Position numbers and translations under genes: made by a program. Below the pieces are notes generated by a model, which was given only the letters and a program-made list of their open reading frames with translations, did not search any database and was not told the DNA's origin. A stretch of DNA of 55,966 nt from Acidimicrobiaceae bacterium. Lineage in GTDB: Bacteria; Actinomycetota; Acidimicrobiia; Acidimicrobiales; RAAP-2. The DNA is taken from positions 1-55,966 of the forward strand of contig JBAWYN010000001.1 of the NCBI GenBank assembly GCA_037143535.1, given 5' to 3'. The stretch's first letter is position 1. Each line of letters starts with the position of its first letter. Below are positions 25,812-36,647 of this stretch, in pieces.

Positions 25812-28076
25812 ATGACTATTACACGAGGGTTTAACAACCAGCACCTCATAAATGAGTCAGCCTCTTCTCTCGCATCTGAGGCATTTGCCAAGGCCCGTCG
25901 GCGCCATGGGTCGATCGTCACTTATTCTCCAAAGGTCTTCATACCTTTAACCAAGCTTTGTCGTGATCGTTGTGGATATTGCACGTTTGCTCAGGCCCCA
26001 GCACACGTTGCATCTCCGTACATGTCAATTGAAGAAGTTCTGGAAGTAGCCAATGCTGGAAAAGCAGCTGGTTGCACAGAAGCCCTCTTCACACTTGGTG
26101 AACGCCCCGAGCTTCGCTACGACGAAGCGGCAAAGTGGCTTGCTGCTCGTGGATACCAGTCCACTGTTGACTACGTTGCAGCAGCTGCGAAGGCAGTGCT
26201 TGATGAAACTGGACTGCTTCCCCACGCCAACGCTGGCGCCCTCTACTTCTCAGAGCTAGAACAACTTCGCGAAGTTTCTGCTTCTCAAGGAATGATGCTG
26301 GAATCACTCGCAGAACTTGACGCACACCGCCTTGCACCTGACAAGGATCCACAGCGCCGTCTAAACACAATGCGCTTCGCAGGTCAATTGAATATTCCAT
26401 TCACCACCGGACTCCTCGTTGGTATTGGCGAAACACGTGAAGACCGGATCGCAACTCTTGAAGCAATTGCACTTGCCCATGAGGAATATGGCCACATTCA
26501 AGAAGTAATTGTTCAGAACTTCCTTCCTAAGCCACGAACTGCAATGGCACATGAACCAGCCGCGAGCGACGAAGAGTTTCACTGGACCATCGCCGCAGCT
26601 CGTTTGATTCTGCCTGGTGACATCCACTTGCAGGCACCACCTAATTTGAGCGATGACCCAACTCGACTTCTGGCCTTCGGTATTGACGACTTTGGCGGAA
26701 TCTCTCCAGTGACTTCAGACCATGTGAACCCAGAGCGAGCATGGCCAGCAGTTGACTCACTCGCAAGCGAATGCGATGCCAAGGGTTTCTATTTAACTCC
26801 TCGCCTCACCGTCTACCCAGATTTCATTGATCAGAAGCAAGAGTTCCTTGATTCAAAGGTTCGAACAAAAGTATTGGCTCATGCTGATGCCACGGGGCTT
26901 GCTCGTGATGACTCTTGGTTCTCTGGATCTGACATCACCCCGCCTTCACTTCCTCTCGCTACTTCAAAGACAAGCGATGTTGCTGCGATTCTTCGTGGTT
27001 ACGAGCCGGGTTATGACTTTTCTAGAGAAGAGCTCATTACTCTCTTTAGTGCCAGAGGCGCAGATCTGGTTGCGATCAATGAACTTGCTGATGACGTGAG
27101 AAAGCAACTAGTTGGCGATGACATATCTTTCGTAATTAACAGAAACATCAACTACACAAACGTCTGCACCTTTAAATGCCGCTTCTGCGCCTTCTCGAAG
27201 GGTCCCCTTTCGCTCAACCTTCGTGGTGACCCTTATTTGTTAACTCTCGACGAGGTCAGCGAACGTGTTCGCGAAGCCGAAGCCAAGGGTGCAACGGAAG
27301 TCTGTCTCCAGGGCGGAATTCATCCGAAGTTCGATGGCGATTACTACATTGACGTAGTCGCGGCTGTTCGTGCCGGGTCTCCAAAGATTCACATCCACGC
27401 ATTCAGTGCTCTGGAAGTCTTTGAAGGTGCCCGCCGGTCAGAACAAGACCTCGCGACCTACCTCACACGACTGAAGGATGCTGGTCTAAAGACTCTTCCT
27501 GGGACCGCCGCCGAAATTCTCGATGACGAAGTGAGAAAGATTCTTTGTCCGGACAAGATCAATTCTGATCAGTGGCTAGAGGTCCACCGCACTGCTCACA
27601 GTGTCGGGCTCAACTCAAACATCACCATCATGTTCGGTGCCGTAGAAGGCGTCGACAGTTGGGCCACACACCTAATTCGCACAAGAGATCTTCAGAAGGA
27701 AACTGGCGGATTCACTGAATTTGTTCCGCTCCCCTTCGTGCATATGGCTACTCCGATCTTCATTAACGGGAAGTCACGTCGCGGGCCAACGTTTAGAGAA
27801 GCGCTGTTGATGCACTCGGTTGCGAGGCTTCACTACGCAACGCTGATCAACAATATTCAAGTCAGTTGGGTGAAAATGGGTGTAGAGGGATCTCGCAGAA
27901 TTCTTCAAGCCGGAGCGAATGACCTTGGTGGAACGTTGATGGACGAAAACATCTCTCGTGCTGCTGGCGCAGTTCACGGACAAGAGATGAACGCAGATAC
28001 ATTACGAGACCTCGTTGCACCTCTCGGACGACCTTTGGTGCAGCGCACCACGCTCTATAAATCACTGACTTCTTAG
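25812..28076 (+). CDS. fbiC: Bifunctional FO synthase (CofG-CofH fusion)
   Basis: Two radical SAM motifs CRDRCGYC and CTFKCRFC; TYSPKVFIPLT; PGTAAEIL; ENISRAAG. Confidence 0.95.
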   Translation: MTITRGFNNQHLINESASSLASEAFAKARRRHGSIVTYSPKVFIPLTKLCRDRCGYCTFAQAPAHVASPYMSIEEVLEVANAGKAAGCTEALFTLGERPELRYDEAAKWLAARGYQSTVDYVAAAAKAVLDETGLLPHANAGALYFSELEQLREVSASQGMMLESLAELDAHRLAPDKDPQRRLNTMRFAGQLNIPFTTGLLVGIGETREDRIATLEAIALAHEEYGHIQEVIVQNFLPKPRTAMAHEPAASDEEFHWTIAAARLILPGDIHLQAPPNLSDDPTRLLAFGIDDFGGISPVTSDHVNPERAWPAVDSLASECDAKGFYLTPRLTVYPDFIDQKQEFLDSKVRTKVLAHADATGLARDDSWFSGSDITPPSLPLATSKTSDVAAILRGYEPGYDFSREELITLFSARGADLVAINELADDVRKQLVGDDISFVINRNINYTNVCTFKCRFCAFSKGPLSLNLRGDPYLLTLDEVSERVREAEAKGATEVCLQGGIHPKFDGDYYIDVVAAVRAGSPKIHIHAFSALEVFEGARRSEQDLATYLTRLKDAGLKTLPGTAAEILDDEVRKILCPDKINSDQWLEVHRTAHSVGLNSNITIMFGAVEGVDSWATHLIRTRDLQKETGGFTEFVPLPFVHMATPIFINGKSRRGPTFREALLMHSVARLHYATLINNIQVSWVKMGVEGSRRILQAGANDLGGTLMDENISRAAGAVHGQEMNADTLRDLVAPLGRPLVQRTTLYKSLTS

Positions 28077-28080
28077 TTTT

Positions 28081-28932
28081 ATGTTTGAAATAGATCAATT
28101 GATCGCCAACACAGCTTCTGATGAACTTCTCTTAGTTGCAAAACTGTTTGGTCCCTGGCGCTCACGAAAGAAAGTTTTAGTCTTCGGATCCGCACGAACC
28201 GCTAAAGAAAACCCTCTTTATCAACTCACCAAAGAATTCGGTCAAATCATGACCAAGGCCGACTGGATGTCAATCACTGGCGCCGGAGGCGGAATCATGG
28301 AGGCGACAAGTGAAGGCGCTGGACATGATCACACCATAGGAGTGAACATAAAGCTCCCCTTTGAGCAGCACGCGAATCCCTTCATTGACGCAGCGAACAA
28401 AGTTGTATCGGTGAAGAATTTCTTTACCCGCAAAGTCTCAATGATCCGTGAAGCAGACGCGTTTGTATGCCTTCCAGGAGGCTTTGGAACGTTGGATGAA
28501 CTCTACGAAGTACTGACCCTGATTCACACCGGAAAGTCCACTCCAGCCCCTGTGGTGCTCATTGACGCACCAGGTGGAACCTTCTGGTCCAAGTGGTTGG
28601 ATTTCCTGGAAACAGAAATCATCGGCGGTGCCTATATCAGCCAGCCAGATTCTGCATTGGTAAAGCTCTGTACTTCAGCTGAGAGCGCCGCAGAGGAAAT
28701 CTTCACGTTCTACTCGAACTACGTCGACTGCAGCTTCAGTTCTGGCGAAGTTCAGATCAATCTGTTGAACGAACCAACTGATTCGCAAGTTCAAAGTCTT
28801 CTAAAGGTAACGCCACAATTATCCAAAACCCCACTTTTTACTAAGCAAGGATCATCAATAACTGCGAGTTTTGAAGGACGCAACTACGTCGGTCTTCGAC
28901 TCGTAATTAACGAAATAAATTCCTGGGCTTAG
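28081..28932 (+). CDS. LOG family nucleotide phosphoribohydrolase-like protein
   Basis: VFGSART, TGAGGGIM, FFTRK, PGGFGTLDE. Confidence 0.9.
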   Translation: MFEIDQLIANTASDELLLVAKLFGPWRSRKKVLVFGSARTAKENPLYQLTKEFGQIMTKADWMSITGAGGGIMEATSEGAGHDHTIGVNIKLPFEQHANPFIDAANKVVSVKNFFTRKVSMIREADAFVCLPGGFGTLDELYEVLTLIHTGKSTPAPVVLIDAPGGTFWSKWLDFLETEIIGGAYISQPDSALVKLCTSAESAAEEIFTFYSNYVDCSFSSGEVQINLLNEPTDSQVQSLLKVTPQLSKTPLFTKQGSSITASFEGRNYVGLRLVINEINSWA

Positions 28933-29126
28933 TCAGCACTGGCGCCACGCAACAGCGCCTCGGCTTTTTGCAAGCTTCTTCGAACTTTAGAAAGCCGACG
29001 CTCAAGATCCTTTGCATTCTCTGGTTCATCCGCGTTCACCTGAGCCCTAAGAGCGTCATAGATTGCGTCAGATACGCGCGATTCGATGCTGGAAACTTCG
29101 TCAGCTAATTCGTCAAATGATTGCAT
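28929..29126 (-). CDS. Small helical hypothetical protein (65 aa)
   Basis: TAATG coupling to the upstream ligase; amphipathic helical-hairpin pattern. Confidence 0.7.
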   Translation of the reverse strand: MQSFDELADEVSSIESRVSDAIYDALRAQVNADEPENAKDLERRLSKVRRSLQKAEALLRGASAD

Positions 29127-30742
29127 TAACCAAGTGTGATGACTTCAAGTTCATTGTCGCCATACTGCGAACGAAGAACTTTCTTGTCGAACTTGCCCAC
29201 GCTGGTCTTTGGAACGCTCTCAATGAACGTCCAGCGCTCAGGGAGCCACCACTTCGCAACGCGCTCTGAGAGATACGACTGAAGTTCTTCTGCAGTTGCG
29301 CTCATTCCTGGGCGAAGCACGACGCACGCCATTGGACGTTCCTGCCACTTCTCGTCAGGAACGGCTATCACAGCTGCTTCAAAGACGGCTGGGTGTCCCA
29401 TGAGAGACCCTTCGAGCTCCACAGAACTAATCCACTCACCACCAGACTTGATTACGTCCTTCGTGCGGTCACTGATCACAAGGTAACCGTATGCATCGAT
29501 TGTTCCGATGTCGCCAGTTCGAAGCCATCCGTCGCGGAACTTCTCTGGATCATCTACGCCGAAGTAGGAACCAGTAATCCAAGGACCACTGATTTCAAAT
29601 TCACCAACAGTCTTTCCATCGTTTGCGAGGACAGTTCCATCCTCTGCGGTGATTCTCATCTTCACACCAGCAACGATTCGACCTGCCTTAACGCGCCAGT
29701 CGATTTCCTGATCCTTAGGTGTTCCAAATGGTGGAATTGAAATAGCCGCCAAAGGACTTGTTTCTGTCATTCCCCATCCTTGAATGATGTCAACGTTGTA
29801 CTTGTCTCGGTATGTTTCGATGAGCACGCGCGGTACTGCTGACCCACCAGCTAACAAGTAGCGAAGACTCGATAAGTCCACATCCGGCTTTTCTCCAGCA
29901 ACTCGCAGAACGTCATTCCAGATTGTTGGAACACCGAGTGAAACGGTTGGCTTCAAGTCTTCAATCATCTTCACGATTGGTTCACCCTGCAAGAGCATCT
30001 GAGGCATGATGAGCTCGACACCAGCCATGAAAGCGGTGTATGCACAACCCCACGCATTTACGTGGAACATCGGAACAATCAGCAAACAACGGTCACGCTC
30101 ACTGAGTCCGATTGAGTTGGCAGAAGTTGATGCTATTGAGTGCAGCCACGTTGAACGGTGTGAGTAGACAACTCCCTTAGGGTTGCCTGTCGTTCCAGAG
30201 GTGTAACACATGATTGCGGCGTCATTCTCATCAAGATCTGGCCACTCAAATCCTGGCTTCTCTGCAGCGAGAACAGTTTCGTAGTCGAGTGTCTCTCCAA
30301 GGATGCCGGTCGATTCTGGACCGTGAACGATGATGTGCTTAACGTTTGGAATCTGATCACGTACTTTTGCGAGCAGTGGCGCAAGCGTGTTGTCGACGAT
30401 GATCACCTGGTCGTCAGCGTGATTGATGATGTAGGCGAGTTGCTCTGGAAAGAGACGAATGTTGAGCGTGTGGAGCACTGCACCCATACAAGGGATCGCA
30501 ATGTAGGCCTCCATGTGAGCCTGGTTGTTCCACATGAACGATGCAACGCGATCGCCCTTTTTCACACCAAGCTTCGTAAGCGCAGCAGCTAATTGTTCAG
30601 CTCGCTTGGAGATCTGCAGGAATGTTGCTTCTTCAACACCATCTGGAGAGACGGTAAAGACTTTTTTGTCGGCGTAGATGAACTCTCCGTGCTTAATCAG
30701 GTCCCTGATTAGCAACTGTGTGTTTTGCATCGTACTTTTCAT
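29126..30742 (-). CDS. Fatty-acid-CoA ligase (FadD14/DmdB-like)
   Basis: YTSGTTGNPKG, WGMTETSP, IKSGGEWISS, KTSVGKFDKK. Confidence 0.93.
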   Translation of the reverse strand: MKSTMQNTQLLIRDLIKHGEFIYADKKVFTVSPDGVEEATFLQISKRAEQLAAALTKLGVKKGDRVASFMWNNQAHMEAYIAIPCMGAVLHTLNIRLFPEQLAYIINHADDQVIIVDNTLAPLLAKVRDQIPNVKHIIVHGPESTGILGETLDYETVLAAEKPGFEWPDLDENDAAIMCYTSGTTGNPKGVVYSHRSTWLHSIASTSANSIGLSERDRCLLIVPMFHVNAWGCAYTAFMAGVELIMPQMLLQGEPIVKMIEDLKPTVSLGVPTIWNDVLRVAGEKPDVDLSSLRYLLAGGSAVPRVLIETYRDKYNVDIIQGWGMTETSPLAAISIPPFGTPKDQEIDWRVKAGRIVAGVKMRITAEDGTVLANDGKTVGEFEISGPWITGSYFGVDDPEKFRDGWLRTGDIGTIDAYGYLVISDRTKDVIKSGGEWISSVELEGSLMGHPAVFEAAVIAVPDEKWQERPMACVVLRPGMSATAEELQSYLSERVAKWWLPERWTFIESVPKTSVGKFDKKVLRSQYGDNELEVITLG

Positions 30743-30787
30743 GATTCCCCCACTGCTGTTTAATGTGATCTTGTTGCGATTATGAAA

Positions 30788-32218
30788 CTACCAAGAAAGA
30801 CTGTACGGCTCGACTGGCGCTGGGAGCGAACTTGGCTCGCCTTGCAAATACGCGTCAATGCCTGAGGCAGCAGAACGGCCTTCGGCAATAGCCCACACAA
30901 TGAGGCTCTGGCCACGAACTGCGTCGCCACAAGCGAAGACTTGCCCCTTGCCTTCGAGGCCTTTTACAGCCCAATCAGGGGTCACAGAAAGAGTTGCACG
31001 GTTAGTAACGAACTGGTCCTGATTGAGGCCCACTTGGTCCAGTTCAGGGCCAACGAATCCAGCGGCGATGAAGACGAAATCAACAGCCTTGGTGACGATC
31101 TCATTTGATGAATTGTCACGCAGGACAATTTCTTGCAAATTGCCATCACCCTTGAATTCGAGTGTTTCAGAAGAAAAAATGCGTTCGCCACCTTCTTGGT
31201 GAGCAGAAGTCGTCTTAAAAAGTCGAGCCATCGTTGGCCACGGTTGATCAGCTGGGCGCTCATCTGGTGGACGGTCCATGATCTCAATCTGGATGACGCT
31301 CTTTGCTCCTTGTCGGTGAGCTGTGCCAAGACAGTCAGCTCCCGTGTCGCCACCTCCAAGAATGATTACGTTCTTATCCTTCACATCTATCTCTGATGTT
31401 GTCGAAGTGTTCACGGCGCGATTTGAGGCCTCAAGGTAAGTCATAGCTGGGTAGACACCTGTCAGCTCTGCACCATTCACAGGGATCATGCGTGGGCGTG
31501 TTGAGCCGATTGCGAGGAGAACTGCGTCGTACTCTGATCGAAGTGATTCGAGTGAGACACCATCATCTCCTACACTCACACCGGTCTTAAATGTGATGCC
31601 CGACTCTTTCATAACATTGATACGACGATCAAGAACGGCTTTTTCCATTTTGAATTCTGGTATGCCGTAACGAAGAAGCCCACCAATGAGGTCGTTTCGC
31701 TCCAGCACAGTTACCTCGTGACCAACACTTCTCAGCTGTGCCGCGGCAGCGAGGCCAGCGGGACCAGATCCAACGACGCAAACATGCTTGCCAGTTCGTG
31801 TTGAGGTACTTCTACTTACGGGAAAACCATTCGCGAATGCGTGCTCAACAACCTCGTACTCAATGCGTTCGATGGTTACTGGGTCAGCTGCAATTCCGAG
31901 GACGCAGGCCGATTCGCATGGAGCTGGGCAAAGTCGTCCAGTGAATTCTGGAAAATTATTAGTAGAAAATAACTGATCCGCAGCTTCAGCCCAGTTCTGC
32001 TTATAGGCGGCATCATTGAAGACTGGAATTCTGTTTCCTAGTGGGCAGCCTTGCATGCAGAATGCGATACCGCAGTCCATGCAGCGCGCCCCTTGCTCAG
32101 AGACTTCTTTTTCGTCTTGAGGTTCGTACACCTCTTTCCAGTCTCGAAGGCGAACTGGAACGGGCCGATACTTCGGTCCTACGCGATCAAACTCCATAAA
32201 TCCGGTGATCTTACCCAT
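30788..32218 (-). CDS. gltD: Glutamate synthase small subunit
   Basis: RCMDCG..FC, NNFPEFTGRLCPAPCE, GGGDTGADC, RGQSLIVWAI; start set at ATG 32218 (MGKITGF). Confidence 0.96.
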   Translation of the reverse strand: MGKITGFMEFDRVGPKYRPVPVRLRDWKEVYEPQDEKEVSEQGARCMDCGIAFCMQGCPLGNRIPVFNDAAYKQNWAEAADQLFSTNNFPEFTGRLCPAPCESACVLGIAADPVTIERIEYEVVEHAFANGFPVSRSTSTRTGKHVCVVGSGPAGLAAAAQLRSVGHEVTVLERNDLIGGLLRYGIPEFKMEKAVLDRRINVMKESGITFKTGVSVGDDGVSLESLRSEYDAVLLAIGSTRPRMIPVNGAELTGVYPAMTYLEASNRAVNTSTTSEIDVKDKNVIILGGGDTGADCLGTAHRQGAKSVIQIEIMDRPPDERPADQPWPTMARLFKTTSAHQEGGERIFSSETLEFKGDGNLQEIVLRDNSSNEIVTKAVDFVFIAAGFVGPELDQVGLNQDQFVTNRATLSVTPDWAVKGLEGKGQVFACGDAVRGQSLIVWAIAEGRSAASGIDAYLQGEPSSLPAPVEPYSLSW

Positions 32219-35200
32219 TTCGAAGCTCGTCTCTGACTCGCTGGTATTCAGATGTTTCAATGCGAACGAAGTCCATTCGAGCTGTTCGCCAATCGCTCAG
32301 TAGCGATTTGGCCTTCTTCGATCCCGTTTCGGCTTCGAAACGAGTGATGATGTCGAGGAGTTTTTCGTCATCTTCGAATTCGAGTGGATCAATCTCGTAG
32401 ACGCCTGCGCTTAAGTGATCATGAATCGTCTTCTTAGGGTCATACAAGTAGATGGTTCCACCAGACATTCCGGCTGCGAGGTTGCGTCCGATGTCTCCGA
32501 GGATTGCTACTACTCCACCAGTCATGTACTCACCCGCGTGGTCGCCAGTTCCTTCAACAACAATTGTTGCACCAGAATTTCTTACCGCACAGCGCTCACC
32601 AACGACTCCGTTAATAAAGATCTCACCAGAGGTTGCCCCGTAACCAATCACGTTTCCAGCGATGATGTTTTGATCAGTCTCGAAAGTTGAAGCCGAAGGC
32701 GCCTTAATGATGATGCGTCCTCCCGAGAGGCCCTTACCTGCGTAGTCATTCGCATCACCAGTCAGACGAAGTGTCAATCCTTGAGGGATAAATGCTCCCA
32801 GCGACTGACCAGAGGATCCTTCCAGGTTGATCTGAATGTGATCGTCAGGAAGTTTGTCAGCCCCGAGTGCGCGAGTAATGGCGCTTCCTGTAAGTGTTCC
32901 TACAGCTCTGTTGATGTTGTTGATCTTTGATGCAATCGTTGTCGACACACCAGTGGTGGCGCTACGAACTGCTTCATCGATGAAAGTCCAGTCGAGAGCA
33001 TCGTGCATTTCGTGGTCTTGTTTGGTTGTTTGGCGACGCTGGTTGTGATCGACAGGAGCAAGAAGAGCACTCAAATCGAAGTCGCTAAGTTCCGAAGTCT
33101 TGCTGTCAATCGCAATGCGGTCAGTATCGCCAATGATGTCATCAAGAGTTTTTGCCCCAAGCAGCGAAATGTATTCACGAACTTCTTCTGCAATGAACTC
33201 GAAAAAGTTTTCAACAAATTCAGGTTGACCCTTGAATCTCTCACGTAGTTTCGGGTTCTGGGTTGCAATTCCCACTGGGCAAGTGTCGAGGTGACAAACG
33301 CGCATCATGATGCATCCAGAAACAACGAGTGGTGCAGTTGCAAATCCATACTCCTCGGCACCTAGTAGCGCAGCGATGACGACGTCGCGACCAGTCTTTA
33401 ATTGACCGTCCACTTGGACAACAACACGATTACGTAGACCGTTCATTGCCAGAGTCTGGTGAGCTTCTGCGAGGCCAATCTCCCATGGCGTTCCGGCGTG
33501 CTTCAGTGATGTCAGCGGAGCAGCACCTGTTCCACCGTCGTGTCCCGAGATAAGGATTACATCTGCGTGCGCTTTAGCAACACCCGCAGCGATAGTTCCA
33601 ACACCTTGTTCACTCACGAGCTTCACGTGAATTCGAGCTTGATCGTTGGCATTCTTGAGGTCGAAGATAAGTTGCTTAAGGTCTTCGATCGAATAAATGT
33701 CGTGGTGAGGTGGTGGTGAGATGAGTCCAACACCTGGTGTGGAGTGTCTGGTTTTTGCTACCCACGGATAGACCTTCGATCCAGGTAGCTGTCCACCCTC
33801 TCCTGGCTTGGCTCCTTGAGCCATCTTGATTTGAATGTCGTCTGCATTAACTAGGTAACGGCTCGTGACACCAAAACGTCCTGAAGCAACTTGTTTGATG
33901 GAAGATCGACGGTTGAAGCGTGGGTCAGAAGTGTCGAAACGCTCTTCGTCTTCTCCACCTTCGCCGGTGTTTGATTTTCCACCAATGCGGTTCATAGCGA
34001 TGGCGAGGGTTTCATGCGCCTCACCGGAAATCGAACCGTATGACATTGCACCGGTTGAGAATCTCTTGATGATTGATGAAACGCTCTCAACTTGGTCGAG
34101 AGGAGTTGGCGTTGCAGCTGGCTTCAGATTGAAGAGTCCGCGAAGCGTGACTTTCGCGTCGTTTTGCTCGTCAACCATCTTGGTGTATTCCTTGAAAATG
34201 TCGTAACGCTTTTCACGAGTGGCGTGTTGCAGTTTTTGTACTGTGTGTGGATTGAAGAGGTGAATTTCTCCGTCACGGCGCCACTGGTACTCGCCCTTGT
34301 TACGAATTTCGATTCGCTCACCTTCAGCAGGTGTGTATGCGTCAGAGTGCCAGGTGAGAACGTCTTGTGCAACGCGCTCAAGTGTTACTCCACCCATTCG
34401 CGACTTCATGCCTGGGAAGTAGCGAGACAGAATGTCGTCAGAAACTCCTACTGCTTCGAAAAGCTGGGATCCTACGTAACTTGCGACGGTTGACACACCC
34501 ATCTTGGACATGGTCTTAACAATTCCCTTGTTGAGTCCCTTGCCGTATAGGTATCTAGCGTCAACGGATGCGGCGCTGGTCAGCTCGCCCTTTTCAACGA
34601 GATCATCAATTGACTCGTACGCGAGGTATGGACAAACGGCTGAAGCTCCGTAGCCGAGCAGCAAAGCAACGTGGTGAACTTCTCGAACGTCACCAGCTTC
34701 AATAATCAGGGCCGCTGATGTCCTGATGTGTTCAGCGACTAGACGGTGATGAACAGCAGAGGTAAGAAGCAAACTTGGAATAGCTGCGAAGTCTTTGTTG
34801 ACGTTTCGGTCAGACAGAAGAATGATGTTGGCTCCAGCGCGAACTTCCTTAACAACTTCGTTGGTAACTTCCTGGATTGCTTTAGCTAGTCGCTCACCTG
34901 CAGTTCCAGCACCACTAGAGGGGAACAATCCCTCGACGACTGAAGTTTTAAAACCTACTGCCTTGTCAGATTCTTCGATGTAGCGAATCTTGGCGAATTC
35001 GTCAATGCTGAGCACAGGTGATGGAAGAACAATTTGGTGAGCGTGACGGTCGGTCTCGGTCAGCAGGTTGTCTTCGCCGCCAATTGTCACTCGTGTTGAA
35101 GTGACAAGTTCTTCTCTAATTGCGTCTAGCGGTGGGTTTGTAACCTGAGCAAACAGTTGTGTGAAGTAGTCAAAGATTGGACGAGGTTGTGTCGAAAGTG

Positions 35201-36647
35201 CTGGCAAAGCCGCATCTGAACCCATTGAACCAATTGGCTCTTCACCGACTTGTGCCATGTGTCTAATGATGAGTCGAAGGTCTTCTTCGCTATATCCAAA
35301 GTTCTTCTGGTGTCTAACTACTGAAGCGTGACTTGGAGCGAGCCATGGTCGAGCGTCAATCTCATCTAGTGAGATTTGCTGTTCATTTAACCACTGGCCG
35401 TACGGAGCTTTTGCTGCGAGGGTTCCCTTGAGTTCTTCGTCGTCGATGATTCGACCTTGTTCGATGTCTACGAGGAAAACTCGTCCTGGTTGCAAGCGAC
35501 CTTTTCGTTCAATGTTTGCTGGATCAACATCAACCACTCCAACTTCACTAGCGAAGATGACTCTCTTGTCTTTGGTGACCCAGTAACGAGCTGGACGGAG
35601 ACCGTTTCGGTCAAGCACGGCTCCGACAATTTTTCCATCGGTGAAGGTAACTGAAGCCGGTCCGTCCCATGGTTCCATGAGTCCCGCGTGGTAGCGATAA
35701 AAATCACGACGCTCAGTACTCATGAATGTTGACTTTTCCCATGCCTCAGGAATCATCATGAGAACTGCGTGCGGAAGTGACCTTCCAGACTGAACGAGGA
35801 GTTCAACTACTTCGTCGAAACTCGCAGAGTCAGACATGTTGTCAGTAATGATTGGATACAGATCAGAAACTTCAACCGGAAGCAGATCACTTTTAAGTGT
35901 TGTTTCTCGAGCAGTCATCCAGTTACGGTTACCGCGAACGGTGTTGATTTCACCGTTGTGCGAGATGTAACGGAATGGCTGAGCAAGTTCCCATCTCGGC
36001 AACACGTTGGTTGAAAAGCGACTGTGTACTACTGCGATTGAAGTAATCAGACGCTCATCGCGAAGATCATCAAAGTATTGGCGTAGTTGTGGCGAACTGA
36101 GCATTCCTTTGTAAATAAGTACGTTCGGCGAACATGAAGACGCATAGATCGGAAGCTCATGTTCCAGCATCTTTCGAGCAGCAAAGAGTGATCGCTCAAG
36201 GCTTTCAGCACCGTTGCTGGTAATGAGTTGTTGGATAAAGACCGGTTCTGATGCTGATGATGTTGGCCCAAGGATTGAAGAGTCAACCGGAACCACTCGC
36301 CAACCACCTGACTTCAAAGAAACCTTCGCGAGCGCCTTGTCAATTGTTGACTGGACGTCACTCATGACTAAGTGCTTTGGAATCATCCAGAACGCAACGC
36401 CGTAGTCACCAGCAGCTGGCACGTTGTCAAAGACTTCACGAATAAATGAGTCCGGCATTTGAATGAGAAGACCTGCGCCGTCACCTGAACCCGTATCGGC
36501 TCCAGTGGCGCCACGGTGCTCCATGTTTTCAAGAATGGTTAGAGCGTCCAAGACGTTCTTGTGAGTTGGTGTTGCTGTGAGATCAGCAACCATTCCAACG
36601 CCACAGGCATCGTGCTCAAAATTGGGGTCGTAGAGAGTTTTTGTCAT
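32211..36647 (-). CDS. gltB: Glutamate synthase large subunit
   Basis: EHDACGVG, HNGEINT, KMAQGAKPGEGGQL, CHLDTCPVG. Confidence 0.98.
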   Translation of the reverse strand: MTKTLYDPNFEHDACGVGMVADLTATPTHKNVLDALTILENMEHRGATGADTGSGDGAGLLIQMPDSFIREVFDNVPAAGDYGVAFWMIPKHLVMSDVQSTIDKALAKVSLKSGGWRVVPVDSSILGPTSSASEPVFIQQLITSNGAESLERSLFAARKMLEHELPIYASSCSPNVLIYKGMLSSPQLRQYFDDLRDERLITSIAVVHSRFSTNVLPRWELAQPFRYISHNGEINTVRGNRNWMTARETTLKSDLLPVEVSDLYPIITDNMSDSASFDEVVELLVQSGRSLPHAVLMMIPEAWEKSTFMSTERRDFYRYHAGLMEPWDGPASVTFTDGKIVGAVLDRNGLRPARYWVTKDKRVIFASEVGVVDVDPANIERKGRLQPGRVFLVDIEQGRIIDDEELKGTLAAKAPYGQWLNEQQISLDEIDARPWLAPSHASVVRHQKNFGYSEEDLRLIIRHMAQVGEEPIGSMGSDAALPALSTQPRPIFDYFTQLFAQVTNPPLDAIREELVTSTRVTIGGEDNLLTETDRHAHQIVLPSPVLSIDEFAKIRYIEESDKAVGFKTSVVEGLFPSSGAGTAGERLAKAIQEVTNEVVKEVRAGANIILLSDRNVNKDFAAIPSLLLTSAVHHRLVAEHIRTSAALIIEAGDVREVHHVALLLGYGASAVCPYLAYESIDDLVEKGELTSAASVDARYLYGKGLNKGIVKTMSKMGVSTVASYVGSQLFEAVGVSDDILSRYFPGMKSRMGGVTLERVAQDVLTWHSDAYTPAEGERIEIRNKGEYQWRRDGEIHLFNPHTVQKLQHATREKRYDIFKEYTKMVDEQNDAKVTLRGLFNLKPAATPTPLDQVESVSSIIKRFSTGAMSYGSISGEAHETLAIAMNRIGGKSNTGEGGEDEERFDTSDPRFNRRSSIKQVASGRFGVTSRYLVNADDIQIKMAQGAKPGEGGQLPGSKVYPWVAKTRHSTPGVGLISPPPHHDIYSIEDLKQLIFDLKNANDQARIHVKLVSEQGVGTIAAGVAKAHADVILISGHDGGTGAAPLTSLKHAGTPWEIGLAEAHQTLAMNGLRNRVVVQVDGQLKTGRDVVIAALLGAEEYGFATAPLVVSGCIMMRVCHLDTCPVGIATQNPKLRERFKGQPEFVENFFEFIAEEVREYISLLGAKTLDDIIGDTDRIAIDSKTSELSDFDLSALLAPVDHNQRRQTTKQDHEMHDALDWTFIDEAVRSATTGVSTTIASKINNINRAVGTLTGSAITRALGADKLPDDHIQINLEGSSGQSLGAFIPQGLTLRLTGDANDYAGKGLSGGRIIIKAPSASTFETDQNIIAGNVIGYGATSGEIFINGVVGERCAVRNSGATIVVEGTGDHAGEYMTGGVVAILGDIGRNLAAGMSGGTIYLYDPKKTIHDHLSAGVYEIDPLEFEDDEKLLDIITRFEAETGSKKAKSLLSDWRTARMDFVRIETSEYQRVRDELRNG

